Shown: piece by piece, positions 1 to 7,943 of the stretch
Layout: each line of letters begins with the position of its first letter
Numbering within the stretch: the first letter of the stretch is position 1
Source of the DNA: Candidatus Aminicenantales bacterium
GTDB taxonomy: Bacteria; Acidobacteriota; Aminicenantia; Aminicenantales; Saccharicenantaceae
NCBI GenBank assembly: GCA_049512315.1
Contig: JBEKXF010000003.1
Coordinates: forward strand, 124,001 to 187,569
Length of the DNA stretch: 63,569 nt
Direction of reading: 5' to 3'
Notes under the pieces: model-generated
Seen by the model: only the letters and a program-made list of their open reading frames with translations
Told to the model about the DNA's origin: nothing
Database searches by the model: none
Position numbers and translations under genes: made by a program

Positions 1-567
1 GGCGAGGAGCTTCCCGTCCTTGCCGAACCGCGGCCTATGGAACACGATGTCGTAGGTCTGCCACTCCCCCGGAGGCCGGCAGGCATTGACCAGGGGCGGA
101 AATTGGCCGTAGATGGCCGCGGTCTGGCCGTCTGCGTAGGTCTTGTTGTTGTAGCAGTCGAGGACCTGGACCTCATAAAGGTCCATGAGGAAGACGCCGC
201 TGTTGCCTCGGTCCTGGCCATCACCCTTGGCCGGTGACGGCGCCATCCACTCGACGTGGAGCTGGCAGTCGCCGAACCCCTTGACGGTCCGGATCGAGCC
301 GGTCTTGGGCACGACCTCGAAATAGCCGTTCTCGACCTTCCATTGGGCCGGGAGGCCCTTGGCGTCCGACCATTGGTTGAGGCTCTTGCCGCCGAACAGA
401 ACGACGGCGTCCGAGGGCGGCGGGACGGCCGGCCCGGCCGGGCCAGGCGTGACGACGGGGGCCATGGGACGGTCGGGGTCGTGGACCGGCCACTTGTCTT
501 GGGCCCCGGCCTGGGAAAACAAGGCCAGCGCCGCGCATACGATCAGAATCCCGCAGCGGTTTTTCAT
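1..567 (-). CDS. DUF1080 / 3-keto-disaccharide hydrolase-like secreted protein (3' end runs off the window)
   Basis: Absent from the ORF track because no stop lies in the window. Manual translation from ATG 567 (SD GAGGTG) gives MKNRCGILIVCAALALFSQAGAQDKW...PPSDAVVLFGG...FGDCQLHVEW...RGNSGVFLMDLYEVQVLD...GEWQTYDIVF: signal peptide plus typical DUF1080 motifs. Confidence 0.85.
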   Translation of the reverse strand, partial: MKNRCGILIVCAALALFSQAGAQDKWPVHDPDRPMAPVVTPGPAGPAVPPPSDAVVLFGGKSLNQWSDAKGLPAQWKVENGYFEVVPKTGSIRTVKGFGDCQLHVEWMAPSPAKGDGQDRGNSGVFLMDLYEVQVLDCYNNKTYADGQTAAIYGQFPPLVNACRPPGEWQTYDIVFHRPRFGKDGKLLA

Positions 568-640
568 GCTGTCACCTCGATCGATCAGGAGGACAGCCCC
601 CTCCGGGGGGACGGTCGTTCGTTTTCTCTCTTTTCTTGGA

Positions 641-2041
641 TCACAGGCTCCAGCCGGGGCGGTAGTCGAAGTGGAGGAACTGGTTCGCTTCCGGCAGGTT
701 CGTGAATTCCATCTTCTCCCCGTTCCAGAGGAGCTTCATGTTCTTGTCCTTGAGCCGGACGGCGACGTTAGCTAGGAGCATGACCTCGGTGAGCGGGCCC
801 GCATACGAGAAGTCGGTCGTCGACTTCGCCCCTTTTTTGATGGCCTCTATCCACTCTTCCCGGATGCCGGGCGAGCGGGGGATGGTCTTCTCCGGCCGCT
901 TGTACTCCTGCATCCGGGACTCGGGGATAAGCCGGGGGTTTTCACCGTAGGTGCCGCACATCAGGAGGCCCTTGTCGCCGCGGAAGAGGACGCCGCCGCC
1001 CTCATCGCCCATCAGCCGGCCGTCCTCGAGCTCCGCCGGCCGCGGCGGGGTCAACCCGCCGTCCCACCAGGTCAGCTTGACGGGCCCCATGCTGCCGCGC
1101 GCGGGGAACTCGTATGTGACGACCTCGGCCCACGGATAACAATCCTTGGTAAACGGCGTCGAGCTCGCCTGGACGCTCGTCGGGTAGCCGAGCTTCAGCG
1201 CCCAGAACGGCTGGTCAAGCAGGTGGGCGCCCATATCGCCCAGGGCGCCGGTGCCGAAGTCCCAGAAGCCGCGCCAGGCGAAGGGATGGTAGGCGGGGTG
1301 GTAGGGCCGGAACGGAGCTGGCCCGAGCCAGACGTCCCAGTCCAGGGTCGAGGGCACGGAGGGAATCTCTTTCGGGGCATCGATCCCCTGCGGCCAGATG
1401 GGACGATTGGTCCAGACGTGGACTTCATTGACGTTGCCGATCGCCCCGTCCCAAATCCACTCGCAGATCAGGCGCGCGCCTTCCTTGGAGTGTCCCTGGT
1501 TGCCCATCTGGGTGACGACGTTCGCGTCCTTGGCCGCCTTGGCCAGCATCCGGGCTTCCTTGATCGTGTGGGCCAGGGGCTTCTGCACGTAAACGTGCTT
1601 CCCCAGCCTGATGGCGGCCATGGCGATGACCGTGTGGTTGTGGTCCGGCACGGTCACCGTGAGGGCGTCGATCCCTTTTTCCTTCTCCAGCATCCGGCGG
1701 AAATCGCGGTACTTGGTCGCCTTCTCGTACATGGCCTTTTCTTTGGGCTCGAGCTCTTCGGACCGGAGGAGCTTGGCCATCTGCTCGTCGTCCACGTCGC
1801 AGAGGGCGACAATGTTTTCCGAACGGACGCCGCGGGTGTCGGAAAAGCCCATGCCGCCGACGCCGACGCAGGCGATGTTCAGGGTATCGCTCGGGGCCTT
1901 CTTCTTCTGGGTCGCCCCGACGACGTGCCGCGGCACGACCATGATGCCGGCCGCCGCGGCCGCCGAGGAGCTCAGAAACTTGCGACGGGAATAGGTCTTC
2001 CCGTCAGCGGGGAAGGTTTTTGTTTCGTCCATGCTCACCAT
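641..2041 (-). CDS. Tat-exported Gfo/Idh/MocA family oxidoreductase
   Basis: SRRKFL twin-arginine signal; Rossmann motif IACVGVGGMG; HVYVQKPL (EKP-like) motif; GALGDMGAH. Start may be 2032. Confidence 0.9.
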   Translation of the reverse strand: MVSMDETKTFPADGKTYSRRKFLSSSAAAAAGIMVVPRHVVGATQKKKAPSDTLNIACVGVGGMGFSDTRGVRSENIVALCDVDDEQMAKLLRSEELEPKEKAMYEKATKYRDFRRMLEKEKGIDALTVTVPDHNHTVIAMAAIRLGKHVYVQKPLAHTIKEARMLAKAAKDANVVTQMGNQGHSKEGARLICEWIWDGAIGNVNEVHVWTNRPIWPQGIDAPKEIPSVPSTLDWDVWLGPAPFRPYHPAYHPFAWRGFWDFGTGALGDMGAHLLDQPFWALKLGYPTSVQASSTPFTKDCYPWAEVVTYEFPARGSMGPVKLTWWDGGLTPPRPAELEDGRLMGDEGGGVLFRGDKGLLMCGTYGENPRLIPESRMQEYKRPEKTIPRSPGIREEWIEAIKKGAKSTTDFSYAGPLTEVMLLANVAVRLKDKNMKLLWNGEKMEFTNLPEANQFLHFDYRPGWSL

Positions 2042-2201
2042 CCTTATGTCTGAATTTTATGGAGAGAAAAGCCGGGGACTTCCGGAGGGTTGTTTACGGG
2101 GGCACTCGTCGTCTTCATGGAAGACTTATTTTCAGATTCCCGAAAGGTTTATATCACAAGCCGCGGCCCCCGGTCAATTTGCTCATGAGGATGTCTCAGT
2201 G

Positions 2202-2930
2202 TCACTTGTTTTTCTCAATCGGGAACCGGCCGGTCTCCCGGCCGTTTTGGTCGAGGAAACGGACGCCTGGGTTGCCTTCGGGGGCAACTTCCACGATGAG
2301 CCTCTCCCGTCCCTGCTTGTCGTTGAGCCGGAGAGACACAGAACCGTTGTCGCTCTTCCCGAGGAAAACGCGGGGCTGGGCCTGTTCGCGCCCGGAGAAG
2401 AACTTGGCGTACTCCGCCTTCTGCTGCTCCTCGGGCAGGTTTTTTATGCGGTCCTGAAGGGTGAGAAGTTCCCCGGTCGAATAGTCGGGCCTGTCCCATA
2501 TGGACAACCTCGCTTTCCGGTATCCGCCGTCTTCCGAGGCATCGATGGTAAAAATCTGGTCCTGGTCATATTGGTCGAAGCTTAGGTGCCCGTAGGCGTT
2601 GACCTTGCCGTTATTGTCCTTCTCGCCTCCGTAGACCAGGCCGCCGTTCTCGGTCCCTTCATCGTCAAAAAAGAGGATCCCCGCGGTCTTCCGGTTGGGG
2701 TGCGGATACTCCTTTTTCTTGAAGATGATGCCCGGGAAGAGCGCCTTGCTCGAAAGGACCAGCCTGACCGTTCCGTCCGGTTCGACGATGTTGACCCTCT
2801 GGACATCGATCTCCTCAGAGCTCGTTTTCCGGCTTTTCTCCGCTGCCGTGAGCAGGGTCAGCGCCAGGACGAGAGTCAGAACGCCGGAATAGATCACGAG
2901 AAGCCGGTTGCCGCTCACGGTAATTTTCAT
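2202..2930 (-). CDS. Conserved hypothetical membrane-anchored or secreted protein with beta-strand repeats
   Basis: ATG 2930 preceded by GGAG; N-terminal hydrophobic helix; IDVQRVNIVEPDGTVRLVLS and C-terminal LRLNDKQGRERL...VRFLDQNG repeats. Confidence 0.7.
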   Translation of the reverse strand: MKITVSGNRLLVIYSGVLTLVLALTLLTAAEKSRKTSSEEIDVQRVNIVEPDGTVRLVLSSKALFPGIIFKKKEYPHPNRKTAGILFFDDEGTENGGLVYGGEKDNNGKVNAYGHLSFDQYDQDQIFTIDASEDGGYRKARLSIWDRPDYSTGELLTLQDRIKNLPEEQQKAEYAKFFSGREQAQPRVFLGKSDNGSVSLRLNDKQGRERLIVEVAPEGNPGVRFLDQNGRETGRFPIEKNK

Positions 2931-3070
2931 GTTTCGCTCCTTCGGCCTTTTTGCCCCCAAGATTACCGCCGGCGTGGGCTCGCGTCAAACCTTTTTCCGG
3001 ATTGTTCCCCGCCGGCCTGGCCTCCATCGAGATCGTGAAACAGCTTCCGGCCCGGCGAGAAAAGCGGCAA

Positions 3071-3099
3071 TTGACTTACCCTCCCCTGCCGCCGATAAT
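3071..3099 (+). promoter_or_regulatory. sigma70-type promoter upstream of the GT39 gene
   Basis: TTGACT-N17-GATAAT. Confidence 0.55.
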
Positions 3100-3128
3100 G
3101 AAGTCCCATACCGTTCGGAGGGGATCTT

Positions 3129-4685
3129 ATGGCCATGCCGGGGATGGGGCATCGGAGGCGCGTCGGCAACGACGTTTTCCTGATCCTTGGGTTCGCGGCG
3201 GCGGCGCTCGCCTTCCACCTCGTTGTCAACGCTTTCGAGGGTTACGGGATATTCCGCGACGAATATTACTACATCGCCTGCAGCAAGCGCCTGGCCGCGG
3301 GCTACGTGGACCAGCCTCCCCTCGCCATGTTCCTGATGGCCGCCGGCCGGGCCCTCTTCGGCGTCTCCCAGTTCGGAATCCGCGTCCTGCCGGCCCTGGC
3401 GCATGCCGCGACCATCGTCCTGGGCGGGCTCATCGCGCGGAAGCTAGGGGGGCGGAGAACGGCCGTCATCCTGACCTGCACGGCCGTGAGCCTGACCCCT
3501 CTTATCGTCGGGCATACGAACATCTTCCAGATGAACGCCTTCGCCCACCTCCTGTGGGCCCTGGCCGTCTACCTCGTCGTCCTCATCGTGGAGAGGAGCC
3601 GGCCGGGCCTCTGGATCCTCCTCGGGACCGTCATGGGCCTGGGGCTCCTTAACAAGATCGATTTCCTCTGGTTCGGGGCGGGCCTCGCCGCGGGGCTTCT
3701 GCTGACGGAATTGAGGAAGCACCTGCGAACGCCGTGGCCCTACGCGGCCGCAGGCATCGCCCTGCTCGTGTTCAGCCCCTTCATCATCTGGAACATCACC
3801 CATGATTTCGCCCACATCGAATTCATCCGCAACGCGACCGCCGGAAAATATTCGGGACTGACGCGCCTCGATTTCCTGACCGGCCAGGTCAAGGAGATCA
3901 ATCCCGTCAATATGCTCCTATGGCTGCCCGGGCTCTTTTTCCTGCTCTTCATCCGGAAGGGGCGCCCGTATCGGGTCCTCGGCATCATCTACGTCGCGGC
4001 CTTGGCGATCCTGCTTGCCAACCCCCACAGCAAGTCCGAATATCTCGGCCCCGCCTACATGATGCTGTTCGCGGCCGGCGGCGTTGCCGTCGAACGCTGG
4101 GCCGGCCGAGGGAAAAGGAGGTGGGCGGCGCCGGCCATCGCCACGCTGAGCGTCCTGTCCTCTCTCCTGATCCTGCCGTTCGCCGTTCCGGTTCTCCCGG
4201 TCGAAACGTTCATCAAATATTCCGCGGTGGTCGGGGTCAAGCCGTCGACTGCCGAGAGTAAGAGGCTTTCCGAGCTGCCCCAATTCTATGCCGACATGTT
4301 CGGTTGGGAAGGCCTGGCCAAGGACGTCTCGGCGGTTTATCTCGCGCTCCCCGAGCCCGAGCGCGCCTCGGCCGTCGTTTTCGCCATGAACTACGGAGAG
4401 GCCGCGGTCCTGGAATATTACGCGTCGAAATACCCTCTTGCCCGTATCATCTCCACGCACAACAGCTTCTGGTTCTGGGGATATCCGAAGGAAGGCCTCC
4501 GGACGGTCATCGTCCTCCGGGGCAAGGAAGAGGACCACAGGAAAAGCTGCGACGAGGTCACCCTGGCCGCCGTCCACACCTGCCGCTATTGCATGCCCTA
4601 CGAGAACAACATGCCGATCTACGTCTGCCGCGGGCCTCGCGTGTCCCCGGCCGAGATCTGGAAAAACGAGAGATCTTTCAACTGA
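3129..4685 (+). CDS. GT-C fold glycosyltransferase (family 39 / ArnT-PMT_2-like)
   Basis: FRDEYYY and GYVDQPPL motifs in the first loop; many TM helices; GLGLLNK motif; soluble C-terminal domain. Confidence 0.85.
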   Translation: MAMPGMGHRRRVGNDVFLILGFAAAALAFHLVVNAFEGYGIFRDEYYYIACSKRLAAGYVDQPPLAMFLMAAGRALFGVSQFGIRVLPALAHAATIVLGGLIARKLGGRRTAVILTCTAVSLTPLIVGHTNIFQMNAFAHLLWALAVYLVVLIVERSRPGLWILLGTVMGLGLLNKIDFLWFGAGLAAGLLLTELRKHLRTPWPYAAAGIALLVFSPFIIWNITHDFAHIEFIRNATAGKYSGLTRLDFLTGQVKEINPVNMLLWLPGLFFLLFIRKGRPYRVLGIIYVAALAILLANPHSKSEYLGPAYMMLFAAGGVAVERWAGRGKRRWAAPAIATLSVLSSLLILPFAVPVLPVETFIKYSAVVGVKPSTAESKRLSELPQFYADMFGWEGLAKDVSAVYLALPEPERASAVVFAMNYGEAAVLEYYASKYPLARIISTHNSFWFWGYPKEGLRTVIVLRGKEEDHRKSCDEVTLAAVHTCRYCMPYENNMPIYVCRGPRVSPAEIWKNERSFN

Positions 4686-4688
4686 CCC

Positions 4689-5570
4689 ATGATAATCAAC
4701 GTCCAGTCGGAAGTCGCTCCCCTTCGGGTCCTCCTCCTCAAACACCCCCGGCAGGCCTGGGCCGGCCAGGACAACGTCCGAGACCAGTGGAGGTCCCTCC
4801 GCTACGGCGACGAGCCGGATTTCGCCCGGGCCGTCGACGAATACGACCGGTTCGTGGAAATTCTCCGCCGGACCGTCCCCGAGATCCATTTCCTGCCCGG
4901 GGACGCCCGAACAGGGCTTGATTCGATCTACGTCCGGGACGCGGCCCTCGTGACGAAACACGGGATCATCCTCTGCCGGATGGGGAAAGAGGCCCGGAGG
5001 GGAGAGCCGGAAGCGATTAAGGGATTCGCCAAGGCCATGGGCTGGCCCGTCCTCGGAGCGATCCGCGAGCCCGGGACGGTCGAAGGCGGTGACGTCGTCT
5101 GGCTCGACGATCGGACGCTGGCCGTCGGCCACGGCTATCGGACCAATGCCGAGGGGATCCGGCAACTGAGGGAGATGACGGCGAGTTTCGTCCAAGAGAT
5201 GATCGAGGTCCCTCTTCCCCATTGGGACGGCCCCGGCGATGTCCTCCATCTCATGTCGATGGTCAGTCCCGTGGACAGGGGAAAGCTCCTCGTGTATTCC
5301 CGGCTTATGCCCGTGCCGTTCAGGCGATGGCTGCTCGACCGGGGCCTCGAGCTCATCGAGATCCCGGAGTCGGAATACCCGGGCATGGGCTGCAACGTTC
5401 TCGCCGTGGCGCCGGGCAAGTGCGTCGCCCTCGCCGGCAACCCTCGGACCGACGCGGTCCTGGCCAAGGCGGGAGTCGAGGTCTGGACCTATGAAGGCCG
5501 TGAGATCTCAGCCAAGGGCGCGGGCGGCCCGACGTGTCTGACCCGGCCCCTCATCAGGAGCGCCGTCTAG
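4689..5570 (+). CDS. Amidinotransferase / dimethylarginine dimethylaminohydrolase / arginine deiminase superfamily protein
   Basis: SE..LRVLL start; DSIYVRD; EGGD; RTN; LHL; C-terminal GGPTCLTRP with the catalytic Cys. Confidence 0.88.
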   Translation: MIINVQSEVAPLRVLLLKHPRQAWAGQDNVRDQWRSLRYGDEPDFARAVDEYDRFVEILRRTVPEIHFLPGDARTGLDSIYVRDAALVTKHGIILCRMGKEARRGEPEAIKGFAKAMGWPVLGAIREPGTVEGGDVVWLDDRTLAVGHGYRTNAEGIRQLREMTASFVQEMIEVPLPHWDGPGDVLHLMSMVSPVDRGKLLVYSRLMPVPFRRWLLDRGLELIEIPESEYPGMGCNVLAVAPGKCVALAGNPRTDAVLAKAGVEVWTYEGREISAKGAGGPTCLTRPLIRSAV

Positions 5571-5803
5571 CCGCGGGGAACCGGAGCGGCCTCGCCAGGA
5601 CGTCCCGGAGATTGCCTTATCGTGCAGACCGGGGTCAGGATCAACGGCGATGCGCAATTTCGCCCCGGGCTGAAATTGAACGCTCAAATTGCGTATCTCA
5701 TATATAATATTGAGGTTAAGTTGAGGTCAGGGCCGTGAAAAGTGCAAGAATGAAGATTTGACCCCCGATGAATTAACATTATCGGGCAGGCGGCGGTAGA
5801 CAT

Positions 5804-6370
5804 ATGCGGATGAATGAAACGGAGAAGGAGCTCGTAGCGATGGTTCTCTCCGGCCGCAACGACGCATTCGAGCCGCTGGTGACCCCCTATCGACAGCCCT
5901 TGTTGGCCCTCGCCTACAGGCTGACCCGCGACTTCGAAGACGCCAAGGAGATCGCCCAGGAAGCCCTTCTCCGGGCCTTCAAGTACCTCGGCCGCTACGA
6001 CACCTCGTGGAGCTTCCGGAATTGGCTGTTCCAGATCGCCGCCAACGCGGCCCGCGACCGGGCCCGGACGAAGGGGCGGGAAGCGGCCGCTCTCGCCCAT
6101 GCCGGCCGGGAATTGCCGCAGAGCCCGGACCCCTCATCCGACCGCCGCTCCCGGGAATTCCAGTCCGACCTCGATAAGTGCCTGTCCGTTTTGGGCCCGA
6201 GGGAGAAGGAGGTCTTCATCTTGAGGGACATCGAAGAGCTGGACATCAAGGAAACGGCCAGGGCCCTCGCCTGTTCGAGCGTTTCGGTACGCGTGAACCT
6301 CTCCTCGGCCCGCCGCAAGATCCGGGACGCGATCCGGGACAAGTATCCTCATTTGGAGGAAAGACAATGA
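5804..6370 (+). CDS. ECF RNA polymerase sigma factor
   Basis: Region 2 (DAKEIAQEALLRAF, FRNWLFQIAAN) and region 4 HTH (VFILRDIEELDIKETARAL). Start may be 5810. Confidence 0.92.
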   Translation: MRMNETEKELVAMVLSGRNDAFEPLVTPYRQPLLALAYRLTRDFEDAKEIAQEALLRAFKYLGRYDTSWSFRNWLFQIAANAARDRARTKGREAAALAHAGRELPQSPDPSSDRRSREFQSDLDKCLSVLGPREKEVFILRDIEELDIKETARALACSSVSVRVNLSSARRKIRDAIRDKYPHLEERQ

Positions 6371-6843
6371 GCTGCCGCAAAGCGAAAAAGGCCATCCCGC
6401 TCCTGGCCGGAGGGGATCTTGCGCCGCGAAATGAACGGAAAGTCAGGGCCCACATCGACATCTGCCCATCCTGCCGGCAGGAGCTCGAGGAATACCGCTT
6501 CGCCCTCGGCCGGGCCAAGGCCTCGGCCCGGGAAGAAAAGCCTGGGGACTGGAGCGAGTCCGAATGGAAGGCCTTGATGACCCGGATCACTGTAGAAAAA
6601 GGTGAAAAAGGGAACACGGTCCTCGGGCTCCGTGCGCGCTGGGCCCTGGCTTCCGGCATGGCGGCCGTCATCATCCTGGCCATAACGGTCCTCTTCGTCA
6701 AGGACACGGCGTTCGGCCCGCAGGAAACCTCGTCGGTTCCGGGCTCGGACGTCGTCTCGGTCACCATGGTCTCGCAGGAGAGCGGGCTCCAGGTCGTCTG
6801 GTTCTTCAATAAGAATTTCGAATGGAAAGGAGATAAGAATTGA
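6367..6843 (+). CDS. zf-HC2 zinc-binding anti-sigma factor with one TM helix
   Basis: ATGA overlap with the sigma stop; MSC...HIDICPSC (Hx3Cx2C); TM helix WALASGMAAVIILAITVLFV; short periplasmic tail. The upstream extension in the ORF track is spurious. Confidence 0.88.
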   Translation: MSCRKAKKAIPLLAGGDLAPRNERKVRAHIDICPSCRQELEEYRFALGRAKASAREEKPGDWSESEWKALMTRITVEKGEKGNTVLGLRARWALASGMAAVIILAITVLFVKDTAFGPQETSSVPGSDVVSVTMVSQESGLQVVWFFNKNFEWKGDKN

Positions 6844-7592
6844 AAAAAGGAATTCTCTCACTCATCGTGCTGGTGTTCGTGTTCGCCGTGACCGCGCCCG
6901 TCTTCGCCGAGGATGCGGCCCAGGAAACCAAGGCCACGACGAAACCCGCCCTCAAGAACGAGCTGGTCCGGCTCAAATACGCCAATGCCACGCGGATCCA
7001 GGCATTGCTTTATCCCTACCTCAGCCGCGACGGCCACATCTCGATGATGCCCAACGAAAACGTGATCGTCGTCAGCGACGTCCCGGAGAACGTGGAAAAG
7101 GCGCTTCAGGTGATCAGACAGCTGGATGTCAAGCCGGCCGACCTCCAGTTCACGGTCCAGCTCATCCTGGGCTCGGCGGAAGCCGAGAAGGGCGCCGAGG
7201 CCATGCCCAACGACCCCATCATCAAGGAGCTCCGGAATCTTCTGAAGTATAAGTCCTACTCTCTCCTCGACACATGCCTGATCCGGGCCATGGACGATTC
7301 CAATTCTGAGGTCCGGCTCGGCGACCACGCCGATTTCGAGCTCCAGATCAGACCAAAGGTCATCAAGGACGAAAAGGCCTCCTTCATCCAGATGGAGGTC
7401 AGGCTCAGGCAGGTGCGCATCGCCGGAATGCCCCCGAACGCGACCTCCGCCAAGGTCGAGTACATCACGACCGACCTCATCGGGACGACCCTCAACGTCA
7501 AGCCCGGGGACAAGACCGTGGTCGGGGTCTCGAAGCTCGACGGCGGCGACAAGGGATTGATTTTGATCATCTCCGGCAAGATCATCGAATAG
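6840..7592 (+). CDS. Secreted protein with a secretin N (NolW-like) domain and a shortened secretin-like C-terminal domain
   Basis: TTG start overlapping the previous stop, SD GGAG; signal peptide ending VFA; VRLKYANA...NVIVVSDVPENVEKALQVIRQLDVKP matches the secretin N3 pattern; ends TTLNVKPGDKTVVG...LILIISGKIIE like a secretin core terminus. Confidence 0.7.
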   Translation: MKKGILSLIVLVFVFAVTAPVFAEDAAQETKATTKPALKNELVRLKYANATRIQALLYPYLSRDGHISMMPNENVIVVSDVPENVEKALQVIRQLDVKPADLQFTVQLILGSAEAEKGAEAMPNDPIIKELRNLLKYKSYSLLDTCLIRAMDDSNSEVRLGDHADFELQIRPKVIKDEKASFIQMEVRLRQVRIAGMPPNATSAKVEYITTDLIGTTLNVKPGDKTVVGVSKLDGGDKGLILIISGKIIE

Positions 7593-7615
7593 CCGTACTC
7601 CCGCGCAAAACAACC

Positions 7616-7645
7616 AGGGCCGCCCTGCAGGGCGGCCCTTTTTTT
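7616..7645 (+). terminator. Rho-independent terminator of the ECF operon
   Basis: AGGGCCGCCC-TGCA-GGGCGGCCCT perfect stem running into a T tract. Confidence 0.85.
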
Positions 7646-7667
7646 CGGCTGATACAATCCAAAAAAT

Positions 7668-7866
7668 GCGCAGGGGGATTCCCGGAGCTGCCCAAAAGAA
7701 AGGCCCAAGACTCGATTCGGATATTTCCCAGAAGTGCGGCTCCGAGGCGCTCCGCCGCACTTCTGTTGGTCGCTCCTCAGAATTCGCTCCCTGCAGGAGG
7801 GACTCCCCCCGAGTCCGCGACCTCGAGAAAGAACGCGGGCGGAACGGCGTGAAAAACCGCGATCTG
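7668..7866. repeat. Dispersed ~200 bp structured intergenic repeat, copy 1
   Basis: Three collinear sequence blocks shared with 59893-60085; internal hairpin CAGAAGTGCGGC...GCCGCACTTCTG. Confidence 0.6.
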
Positions 7867-7943
7867 GAGTGGAGGCCGTCCCCGAGGACTTGTCAGGCGC
7901 ACGGAATCCCCCGAGCTCAACAGCATTTAATGCAGAAGCCGTG

